Source: a virus. Taken from it: a stretch of 64,000 nucleotides of DNA. Shown piece after piece: positions 46,516 to 53,402 of the stretch; the stretch's first letter is position 1; every line of letters starts with the position of its first letter. The translations under genes were made by a program, and so were the position numbers. The notes under the pieces are model-generated. The model saw only the letters and a list, made by a program, of their open reading frames with translations. It was not told the origin of the DNA and searched no databases. The stretch is from the IMG/VR virus record IMGVR_UViG_3300045988_081755. One strand, given 5' to 3'.

Positions 46516-46626
46516 TAAAAAGGGGGGTTTATACGCTCAATAAAAGGGGGTCTAAAGCGCATTTAAGGGGGTCTGTACGCTAATAAAGGGGGGTTTATAC
46601 GCTCGAAATGCATACGTCTGTACGCT
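46516..46626 (+). repeat. iteron array (4 full plus 1 partial direct repeats, about 21-24 bp period); putative replication origin
   Basis: Units of the form AAA(A)GGGGG(G)TyTrwAmGCkC. The G-runs start at 46522, 46546, 46567 and 46588. Units 1 and 4 are identical. The array ends about 100 bp upstream of the Rep gene. Confidence 0.65.
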
Positions 46627-46732
46627 GTAAAAACATACACGAGTAAATTTCTAACCCTTATTTAAGGGGTTAAAAATAGGAGCAAACCTTATTTTATGAT
46701 TTCCCGTTATTACAGTATAAAATCAAAAGATT

Positions 46733-47479
46733 ATGAGAAAAGATGTAATACAATGTTCGAAAAGAGTCAGCGAAGATACTCCTGACTACTCATGTTGGCA
46801 AATGCGCTGTCTGTGCTTAGTTGCCGACCAGCTCCAGCCTTTATTAAAGGAAGATATTGATTGGGCAAATACAAAGTTTGAAAACCTCGAAAAGTACGGT
46901 ATCTTTAACGATGACCATGAAGTTGAAATCACGATGAAACTTTCCGACATCGACAAGAACCGAAACGGAATTCGGGTTCTCAATGAGATTAAAAAGATGT
47001 TCGATATTCCCATTACATGGGATTGGATGAAAAACGGTAAAGCCACACGAACTGTCTTTTACTTTATCCATCGAATGGAATGGAATGAAGATAACCTGTT
47101 TTCTATTTATCTGTCCCATTTCAGCGTTCGATGGATTCTTGAGTTCGGGAAGCGACAGGGGTTCTTATCGTTTGACAAACCGTCAATGATGATGCTCTCT
47201 TCTTCCTACTCTATGCGCCTCTTTTTGATGTTGAGTCAATGGTACTCTAAGAAAGAGTTTTCTCTCGGTGTAGAGGAACTTGAGAGACGTCTGTGTTGTC
47301 CTAAATACACCCCCAAAGATTTACGTGTACAGGTGCTTGAACCTATAAGAAGAGAGTTAAATAGCAAGGACTGCCGTCTTTCTTTTGAATATAAGTTCGT
47401 GTCAAACGACAGAAAGAAAGGAGTTGGTCGAAAACGTTTTGATACTGTGGTGTTCACTATAATTGACAAAGAGAAATAA
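46733..47479 (+). CDS. Rep_3/RepB-like replication initiator
   Basis: The winged-helix initiator signature SSSYSMRLFLMLSQWYSKKEFSLGVEELERRL...LRVQVLEPIRRELN is typical of iteron-binding Rep proteins. Iterons lie upstream. Confidence 0.55.
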   Translation: MRKDVIQCSKRVSEDTPDYSCWQMRCLCLVADQLQPLLKEDIDWANTKFENLEKYGIFNDDHEVEITMKLSDIDKNRNGIRVLNEIKKMFDIPITWDWMKNGKATRTVFYFIHRMEWNEDNLFSIYLSHFSVRWILEFGKRQGFLSFDKPSMMMLSSSYSMRLFLMLSQWYSKKEFSLGVEELERRLCCPKYTPKDLRVQVLEPIRRELNSKDCRLSFEYKFVSNDRKKGVGRKRFDTVVFTIIDKEK

Positions 47480-47482
47480 TCT

Positions 47483-48022
47483 ATGGGCAAAGAAGATACA
47501 TTATCGGTTCTGAATATTCAAGCGGAAAACGACCGTCTGAATAAGCGTATCCTCTTTCTTGAGCGTGAAAATCGTGAACAGAGAAAGGAACTGTCAGACT
47601 ATGCTCGTAGGGAAAAGGAACTGTTGGAAGAGATAGACCGTTTGGAAGGAGAGCTCGATGAAATAACATTTGAGAAGCGTCCTAAATACAAGCCGGAAAA
47701 TCCAGCCGAAAGTGTTGACGACTTTCTCCTTCCAAAAGTAGATACTGGGACTGGGCTGAACCGAGTGGGCAAGATTGGCTTTGAAGAAGAGTGGGAAGAT
47801 GTCATGTATGCTTATACAGATGAAATCTTCGTTGAGTCAGATAAACCTGACGTCCTCTTCTATCGTGACGATGCTGAGAAATGCTTTATCACCCCCACGG
47901 GGAACACTCGGTTGCCTTTCCCTATTTTGCAAGAAGACCTTGACAGGTACAATATAATAAAAGTTCGACCATTGACTCAAGAGGAAATGGGGGAAGTGTG
48001 CAAAGAGTTCGATTTAACTTAA
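47483..48022 (+). CDS. coiled-coil hypothetical protein
   Basis: 179-aa ORF, 3 nt after the rep stop, with an N-terminal heptad-rich region. Confidence 0.45.
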   Translation: MGKEDTLSVLNIQAENDRLNKRILFLERENREQRKELSDYARREKELLEEIDRLEGELDEITFEKRPKYKPENPAESVDDFLLPKVDTGTGLNRVGKIGFEEEWEDVMYAYTDEIFVESDKPDVLFYRDDAEKCFITPTGNTRLPFPILQEDLDRYNIIKVRPLTQEEMGEVCKEFDLT

Positions 48023-48034
48023 AATTCATTCACA

Positions 48035-48298
48035 ATGTTTCAAATGAAAACTTTTCATTACTTGTATGTTATCATCGGAATGATGGTAGCTGCGTTCTTT
48101 GGAATTTCACTTGGGATGGGTATCACTTGCCTAATTCCGGTGTCATTCGTGGTGATTGGGCTGTTCGCCTACCAAAACATGAAGAAGAATCTTCCTGTCG
48201 GACAGGCTATTCTCAATGGCGGTTTACCACCCCTGATAGGTGGTCTTCTGATTTGGCTGTGTTTCTTGCTGGGGAATTGGTTCAATATAGGTGGATAA
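48035..48298 (+). CDS. small integral membrane protein (about 3 TM helices)
   Basis: 87 aa and almost entirely hydrophobic. TAATG overlap with the next gene. Confidence 0.5.
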   Translation: MFQMKTFHYLYVIIGMMVAAFFGISLGMGITCLIPVSFVVIGLFAYQNMKKNLPVGQAILNGGLPPLIGGLLIWLCFLLGNWFNIGG

Positions 48299-48603
48299 TG
48301 AAGAAACTTGTATTCCTATTCTTGACGTTGCTGATTGTAGGCTGTGGGACGACTCGAAAGACCGTGTTCTTTGAGCGAGTAACCCCACAGCCTCTTTCGG
48401 TGATTGACAGCCTGAACACCGTTCACGGCTTGAGCGTTCCTACGAATTTAAACTCGTGGGGCAAAACGTACTTCATCGGGAATGATTCCGTGATGACAAC
48501 TGTTTACGTCTTGACTGAAAGGAAGAAAGACACTTTATTTATCTTTTCTGTTACTGAAACAGCCGGAAAAGAAAATGTAATCTTTAAATTTAGGAAGGAA
48601 TGA
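48298..48603 (+). CDS. lipoprotein (101 aa)
   Basis: MKKLVFLFLTLLIVGCGTTRK is a signal peptide with a lipobox. The tracked ORF 47998..48603 is a GTG-started upstream extension of this frame. Confidence 0.55.
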   Translation: MKKLVFLFLTLLIVGCGTTRKTVFFERVTPQPLSVIDSLNTVHGLSVPTNLNSWGKTYFIGNDSVMTTVYVLTERKKDTLFIFSVTETAGKENVIFKFRKE

Positions 48604-49181
48604 TTACAAGAGGACTTGGATTTATTGAAAGTGGCGTCAATCCGAATGACGCCATTTATGCAGCTCCAAAGATTGAACTCCCGAAGAGCTATGAACTGAA
48701 AGAGCAACTCCGTGTCTATGACCAAGGAAACAAAGGAAGCTGCGTTTCCTGTACCGTTGCGGAGATGTTCAACTTCTATTGTAAATCGAAAGGTCGTGAA
48801 TCGGGCATCGGTTTCGAATACATTTACGACAACCGTTCTGACAAGACTATTGACGGAATGATGCCTCGTGAGGCTTTCGAAATTCTTAAACGGGAATCTC
48901 GTATTGATTTATTCGCTCGTGTGACGTCTCTTGACGCTCTCAAAAAGAGCGTTCTTGTCAATGGCGCAGCACTTATAGCGATGAATGTATTTTCGTATAA
49001 TGACGACTTTTGGGATGGCGATGAATTCATGGGTGGTCATGCTGTGGCTGTCGTTGGTTATGATGAAACAGGCTTAATCATTAAGAACTCCTGGGGTACA
49101 GGGTTCGGTCGTGGTGGCTATGTTACTCTCCCATACGGAAAGTTTAACAAAGTACGAGAAGCCTGGACTCTGCTGGGTTAA
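48600..49181 (+). CDS. papain-family (C1) cysteine peptidase, no pro-region or signal peptide
   Basis: QGNKGSCVSC carries the oxyanion Gln and the catalytic Cys. GGHAVAVVGYDETGLIIKNSWGTGFGRGGY carries the His and the Asn-Ser-Trp. Confidence 0.8.
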   Translation: MITRGLGFIESGVNPNDAIYAAPKIELPKSYELKEQLRVYDQGNKGSCVSCTVAEMFNFYCKSKGRESGIGFEYIYDNRSDKTIDGMMPREAFEILKRESRIDLFARVTSLDALKKSVLVNGAALIAMNVFSYNDDFWDGDEFMGGHAVAVVGYDETGLIIKNSWGTGFGRGGYVTLPYGKFNKVREAWTLLG

Positions 49182-49202
49182 TCTTTCGTTACTATTTGCG
49201 AG

Positions 49203-49238
49203 GAGCACTTCTTTCAGGAGTGCTCTTTGTTTTTCTTC
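49203..49238 (+). terminator. rho-independent terminator of the rep-to-peptidase operon
   Basis: Stem GAGCACT / AGTGCTC followed by TTTGTTTTTCTTC. Confidence 0.55.
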
Positions 49239-49250
49239 GAAAATCAAGAA

Positions 49251-49568
49251 GGAGTCTCCCTGTCGCAAGCTGGCGTTCCCTACGCAATTTCCGGTACAAC
49301 TATCAACATCACTGGATATGGTTCAGGCAAAGGAACTGTTAGCGTAACAGCTCCAGCAGGGGGTTCTTGGAGTATTGACTTCGCAAGCAATGCTTTCAGC
49401 CTTACTGCTTCGCCATCATCGGGTACTGGTCCGAACAGTTCCGTCACTATCAATGCTATCAATGATTCTGGTCAAACAGGTATTCACAGAATTAATATCT
49501 ATCTTAAAAACGGCTCAACGGTTGTTGATACAGCAACCGTTCAAGTTCGTATAACTTCTCAAGGATGA
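49251..49568 (+). other. silent alternative 3' cassette A (no start codon, no promoter)
   Basis: Begins GVSLSQAGVP at crossover site A, immediately after a terminator. The tracked start at 49227 is a TTG inside the terminator U-tract. The ~96-aa domain is unrelated to cassettes B and C. Confidence 0.5.
49253..49270 (+). repeat. putative inversion crossover site A (AGTCTCCCTGTCGCAAGC)
   Basis: 18/18 identical to site C and 17/18 to the reverse complement of site B, in the same codon phase. Confidence 0.55.
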
Positions 49569-49580
49569 TTATGAAGGAAA

Positions 49581-49602
49581 GGAGCTGGGATATCCCAGCT
49601 CC
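49581..49602. terminator. perfect 22-bp palindrome between convergent cassettes A and B (bidirectional terminator)
   Basis: GGAGCTGGGATATCCCAGCTCC lies between the stop at 49566-68 (+) and the stop at 49612-14 (-). Confidence 0.5.
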
Positions 49603-49611
49603 CAATTCCAA

Positions 49612-50700
49612 TTATGGTGTGATAGTTTGGTTTTCAGCTTTAAGAGTGAAAGTTGAAAAGTACCTAGAGTCGAATATATTTTGGCCACCCCGCTGAATGC
49701 GTACTGTAATAGTGTCACCAGCTTTGGCTTGAACAGTTTCCATCCTGCTTCCTGGTTTACAAACTGTCAATCCGTTTGTATTATTCCACATAATTGAGGC
49801 ATTTTCATACCCAGAACCCATAGAATAATAATCATTTGGACCATACAATGGAATACCCGTTGAATTAAATAGATAAGCGGTTGCTCCTGTATAATTACGG
49901 AACTTAATTGTTAGGGTAAATCGGGAAACGACGGCTGCTTGCAACAGGGAGACTGCTTGGGTCTTACCACTACCAGTCTGCGTATAGGAAACAGAACCGC
50001 CTCTCGAACCGCTTTGATTGGACGCAGCCGTAATAGATGTTCCATCCGTGTTCTTGCTGAACCCTGTTCCGCTAATCGTAGCCGTCCATGCAACATTTTC
50101 CTGGGTCGATGTTTCGACTCCGTTTATAACTTTCTTTCGGTAGGAAATTACGGTAACGGATTTCGTTCCACCACCAGCGACGAAACTGAGCGATGTCGGA
50201 GTCACGGAGAAGTAATAGTTCCAAGTTACTACTCCCGCAGCCTGACTCAATGAAATAGAAGCTGTTTTCCCACTTGTCCCCTGTGTATAGGAAACAGAAC
50301 CGCTTCTCGAACCGCTTTGATTGGACGCAGCCGTAATAGATGTTCCATCCGTGTTCTTGCTGAACCCTGTTCCGCTAATCGTAGCCGTCCATGCAACATT
50401 TTCCTGGGTCGATGTTTCGACTCCGTTTATAACTTTCTTTCGGTAGGAAATTACGGTAACGGATTTCGTTCCACCACCAGCGACGAAACTGAGCGATGTC
50501 GGAGTCACGGAGAAGTAATAGTTCCAAGTTACTACTCCCGCAGCCTGACTTGCGCCAACAGTACGTGTCATCCCGCCACCAGCGACTGAAAGGCTCGTAC
50601 TGCGTGTGGATTCTGTCTGGTTAGCAGACGCTGCGACAGTCACAGTTGTGCTACCACTTCCTCCGGAGTCCGGAGTTGCTGTAATAAAATCTTTCTTCAT
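49612..50700 (-). CDS. BACON-like repeat protein with exchangeable C-terminal domain (currently fused to cassette B)
   Basis: Starts MKKDFITATPDSGGSGSTT, a second-half BACON-like segment. Two near-identical 101-aa modules follow, then the junction QAVSLLQAAVV and a 108-aa C-terminal domain. A TAAATTTG box lies upstream. Confidence 0.6.
   Translation of the reverse strand: MKKDFITATPDSGGSGSTTVTVAASANQTESTRSTSLSVAGGGMTRTVGASQAAGVVTWNYYFSVTPTSLSFVAGGGTKSVTVISYRKKVINGVETSTQENVAWTATISGTGFSKNTDGTSITAASNQSGSRSGSVSYTQGTSGKTASISLSQAAGVVTWNYYFSVTPTSLSFVAGGGTKSVTVISYRKKVINGVETSTQENVAWTATISGTGFSKNTDGTSITAASNQSGSRGGSVSYTQTGSGKTQAVSLLQAAVVSRFTLTIKFRNYTGATAYLFNSTGIPLYGPNDYYSMGSGYENASIMWNNTNGLTVCKPGSRMETVQAKAGDTITVRIQRGGQNIFDSRYFSTFTLKAENQTITP
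49928..49960 (-). repeat. putative inversion crossover site B (inside the expressed gene)
   Basis: The reverse complement CCAAGCAGTCTCCCTGTTGCAAGCAGCCGTCGT matches site C at 32 of 33 positions. Confidence 0.55.
49982..50550 (-). repeat. tandem 303-bp duplication (two 266-bp copies, 1 mismatch)
   Basis: 49982-50247 matches 50285-50550 at an offset of exactly 303 bp (101 codons). The only difference is C50001 versus T50304. Confidence 0.85.
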
Positions 50701-50739
50701 AATTCTTAAAATTAGTTATAACTAAATGAAATTTCACCG

Positions 50740-50747
50740 CAAATTTA
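50740..50747 (-). promoter_or_regulatory. -7 promoter element TAAATTTG for the BACON-repeat gene
   Basis: Exact TAnnTTTG, 40 nt upstream of ATG 50700. It lies inside the segment bounded by sites B and C. Confidence 0.4.
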
Positions 50748-50752
50748 GCGGT

Positions 50753-51208
50753 TTATATCTCGAAATCAAAATCCTTTGTCGTTATCCTACAAAACGAGCC
50801 TTCCGGAGAAAGGCATATCACCTCTGTTTGGTCGTCTAAATACGATACAGATAGGACGGGGAGATAAGTGTATCCATCAATATAGAAAATGCCTGCAGGC
50901 TCCCCGTTAAGACCGTCAAACGTGGGAACCTGTATCCTGGGGGATACGACCTGTTTACCGCCACCGAAAACTCCGAAGTCCCTAACAGTCTGTTTCACCG
51001 TGACGAGTACCTGTTCAAGCTCGTGAATATACTTGCGTTTCATGTTCAAGTAGGAATTAAGAATCATGCTGACCTCAATCTTCCCTTCAATTCCGTACAG
51101 TTTCCTCGTTTCATTGCGGAGAACCTGAAGTTCTCCTGCGGAGAGTTCTTCAAAATCCTTTTCAAGAATGTCGAGCAACTGTTTGTTTCGCTTTTCTTCT
51201 TTCTTCAT
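50753..51208 (-). CDS. hypothetical protein (inside the B-C segment)
   Basis: 151-aa ORF with no recombinase motifs. Confidence 0.45.
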   Translation of the reverse strand: MKKEEKRNKQLLDILEKDFEELSAGELQVLRNETRKLYGIEGKIEVSMILNSYLNMKRKYIHELEQVLVTVKQTVRDFGVFGGGKQVVSPRIQVPTFDGLNGEPAGIFYIDGYTYLPVLSVSYLDDQTEVICLSPEGSFCRITTKDFDFEI

Positions 51209-51293
51209 GTCTTCATTCTTTTATATGTAAAACGTTCTTTTTCCGACAATCAATTGATTTTACGCCAGAATCTTCCTTATTCATTTAAAATAG

Positions 51294-51689
51294 AGCCAAG
51301 CAGTCTCCCTGTCGCAAGCAGCCGTCGTAATAACCTATAAATATAGAATTGCACCTGAATTGATTACAGTTTCTAATTCGCAACATGGTTCTGTGACGAA
51401 AACTGTTCTGATGTATAAAGAGCGTTATGTGAATGGGGTTAAAGATGGTGAAGAGCAAATTGAATACTCTTTACTTGACCAAAATGGAAGTTATTCCCCT
51501 GTTCCTTCTACCACATACACAAATGTTTGGGGAGGAACTTGGACAATTGAAAAGACAGGGAATTCTTTAAGGGTAACGACAATTTCAGGAGGAAGCAATT
51601 CTTCTGGTGGAATCACTGGTGTGAAATTAATGCCTGGAACCAGTTATGCTGGGACAATAAATACCGATTTAAATTTGGGTCGTCCATAA
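51294..51689 (+). other. silent alternative 3' cassette C (no start codon)
   Basis: The frame opens right after TAG 51291-93 and reads SQAVSLSQAAVVITYKYRIAPE..., matching the junction in the expressed gene. The tracked ORF 51360 starts at an internal TTG. Confidence 0.5.
51296..51328 (+). repeat. putative inversion crossover site C
   Basis: CCAAGCAGTCTCCCTGTCGCAAGCAGCCGTCGT is inverted relative to site B. Confidence 0.55.
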
Positions 51690-51700
51690 TTTCAAATAAA

Positions 51701-51727
51701 AAGAGCGGAGTTTTCGGCTCCGCTCTT
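51701..51727. terminator. 10-bp-stem terminator (AAGAGCGGAG / CTCCGCTCTT)
   Basis: The minus strand has the U-tract TTTATTTG, serving gene 51777..52052. The hairpin also closes cassette C on the plus strand. Confidence 0.6.
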
Positions 51728-51776
51728 CCCTGTCGTCAAACAATAAATCAAAATATGAAAACACAACAAAGAGAAT

Positions 51777-52052
51777 TCATTTTCCTCTGATGATAGTAGT
51801 ATAACGGTCATAGATGGCATCCCAGTTCTTTTCGACAAGTTTGCATTTCTGTGTGAAAGACTTATCGTTGAAAGTGTTGATGTTTTGAAAGACTCCGGCT
51901 TTCAGTTCCGGATGCCACATCTTTAGAAAGATACCCTGTTCACTGATGAAGCCTATTTCCTCACCCTTGTAAACTAACTGTGCATATTCTGACGTGGGCA
52001 TTCCGGCTCCACCCTTTACCGTTACTCGATTTATTTCAATAGGTGCTATCAT
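51777..52052 (-). CDS. hypothetical protein
   Basis: 91-aa ORF followed by a strong terminator. Confidence 0.45.
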   Translation of the reverse strand: MIAPIEINRVTVKGGAGMPTSEYAQLVYKGEEIGFISEQGIFLKMWHPELKAGVFQNINTFNDKSFTQKCKLVEKNWDAIYDRYTTIIRGK

Positions 52053-52344
52053 GATTCCTTTTCTTTAAGTTGTGATTTGATTCGAAGATTGTAGTTATCC
52101 CATATCAATTGAGCGTGTTCCTTGACCCAGTTTACTGCATACCTGTGGTCTTGGGGTTCTTTTAGTCTCAAATAAACAGGTTTGGGGTACAGTACAGGCA
52201 CAGTGATGAATTTCCTGTAACGGACATGATTGATTCTCCTTTGTAGAAAATCTGTGAACTTCTTTGTTCACCGCAAGCACGCTGAAGTTTTGACGGCTTC
52301 CCACCTCTCTTTGATGTAAACTTTATCTTTGCCATAATCATTAA

Positions 52345-52665
52345 TTATTTAGAAGTGGACCATTCAGGAGCTGTCTGACCGTAACATTCACAGGCTTGAA
52401 CGATGCTCTTATTGAGAGCCTCCCGATGTATAGATATAAACTTATTCAGGTTATCAACTGATTCCTTTAAGAGACGTATTTGATAGTCCGCAGAGTCCTT
52501 TTCAGATGTACAGGCTGTCGGGATATCTTCTCTCGCTTCGTACAGTTCATCAAGTAAAGATTTCAGTTCTTTGACTTGGCTTTCCATACCGCATAAAGTT
52601 TGATTCGTTACTTCCCAAGAATCTTTATAGGAAGAACCACTTTTGAATGTTAGTTGATGTTTCAT
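52345..52665 (-). CDS. hypothetical protein
   Basis: 106-aa helical ORF with a TATCTTTG box upstream. Confidence 0.45.
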   Translation of the reverse strand: MKHQLTFKSGSSYKDSWEVTNQTLCGMESQVKELKSLLDELYEAREDIPTACTSEKDSADYQIRLLKESVDNLNKFISIHREALNKSIVQACECYGQTAPEWSTSK

Positions 52666-52692
52666 GACTATCGATGTTTAAATTTGACAGTA

Positions 52693-52700
52693 CAAAGATA
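52693..52700 (-). promoter_or_regulatory. -7 promoter element TATCTTTG
   Basis: Exact TAnnTTTG, 28 nt upstream of ATG 52665 and directly after terminator copy 1. Confidence 0.4.
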
Positions 52701-52713
52701 GTGGAAAGAAATG

Positions 52714-52759
52714 AGACTGCAAAGAAAATCCCGGAATTTCTTCCGGGAAATCTTTGAGA
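52714..52759 (-). terminator. 46-bp terminator module, copy 1 (TCCCGGAA-tttc-TTCCGGGA)
   Basis: 8-bp stem followed by TTTTCTTTGCAGTCT on the minus strand. Identical to 57390-57435. Confidence 0.6.
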
Positions 52760-53308
52760 GGATTGATTTTTATGTGAAATCGAACTCGGCTACACAAACA
52801 TATTCTCCCTGATACTGAGGGTCTCCAAGATATAATCGAATGTACTGAAGAGCGTGTGAAGCGGGAGTGAATTGCTTTCCGGCAGACATTCTAAAATAAT
52901 GTGCAGTAAAGCCAGGAATTCCAGGGTTCTCGGGGTCACTTTGAACTTTGTCATAATATGACTTGGTTCCAGCTCCAGGAATATCTTTATACAAAGTTTC
53001 CATGTAAACGCCATTATTAAATGGCTCCTCCCATATATTTTCGATACTGTCTGAAAGCAATAACGCTCCTCTTGTTACCCAATAAGTATCGGACATTTCA
53101 GACACGGAAGGAATCTGTGCATTCATTTTAACTGAAAGATATGAAACTTCTCTTTCGTAACCATTGTCGTTTATTTCTGACTTTACAGAAAAACCCGTTG
53201 CGTTGAACGAAAAAGTAACATTTCCATTCCATTTATCAGCAATTGAAGTTAAACCCACAACGGGCATGAGCGGAATTCCGTTTTGGTCAACGGTTACAAG
53301 GCGAGATA

Positions 53309-53316
53309 CCCCCCCC
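53309..53316 (-). repeat. homopolymer G8 (C8 on plus strand) within the coding sequence
   Basis: Counted directly. It encodes the AGGG Gly run. Lengths of 7 or 10 restore the frame. Confidence 0.9.
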
Positions 53317-53392
53317 AGCGGAGAAGTTCAAAGTTGTGGAGCGAGCAGAAAAGGTTGGATTTGGGTCAGCAGATACGCTTACTTGAGCCGTA

Positions 53393-53402
53393 CCCCCCCC
53401 CC
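53393..53402 (-). repeat. homopolymer G10 (C10 on plus strand) within the coding sequence
   Basis: Counted directly. It encodes the SGGG Gly run. Lengths of 9 or 12 restore the frame. Confidence 0.9.

Noticed and set aside
46317-46583. Tracked 88-aa plus-strand ORF
   Set aside because: Its 3' half is the translation of the iteron repeats (KRGVYTLNKRGSKAHLRGSVR), and it lies in the origin region with no coupling to neighbours. Most likely non-coding.
46516-46626. Short regularly spaced repeats that could be a CRISPR array
   Set aside because: There are only 4-5 units with a period of about 22 bp and no unique spacers between them, and no cas genes. The array sits directly upstream of a Rep-like gene, which fits iterons.
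46008-46732. tRNA or other structured RNA gene in the largest gene-free region (60651-61017 was checked as well)
   Set aside because: No cloverleaf or T-loop (GTTCRANNC-like) signature was found by eye, only simple hairpins, iterons and AT-rich repeats. A covariance-model scan would be needed to be sure.
47998-48297. N-terminal 100 codons of tracked ORF 47998..48603
   Set aside because: It is GTG-initiated, overlaps two better ORFs and has no signal. The in-frame ATG at 48298 gives a textbook lipoprotein signal peptide.
49179-49260. Read-through from the C1 peptidase stop into cassette A (same reading frame)
   Set aside because: A rho-independent terminator lies between them and there is no recoding signal. 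A shared frame is expected by chance one time in three.
49982-50550. Possible diversity-generating retroelement (template/variable repeat pair) in the BACON-repeat gene
   Set aside because: The two copies are tandem, in-frame and differ at a single C/T position. There is no adenine-specific mutation pattern and no reverse transcriptase or accessory gene in the window.
51719-51739. Possible fourth crossover site (CTCTTCCCTGTCGTCAAAC)
   Set aside because: It shares only a 9-nt core (TCCCTGTCG) with sites A-C, overlaps the terminator stem, and is followed by no open cassette. At best it is a decayed remnant.
50753-52665. Search for the invertase among small ORFs flanking the inversion sites
   Set aside because: None of the 151-aa, 91-aa or 106-aa products shows a serine-recombinase (N-terminal catalytic Ser with a resolvase-like fold) or tyrosine-recombinase (R-H-R-Y) pattern. 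The recombinase must be elsewhere, or the locus is inactive.
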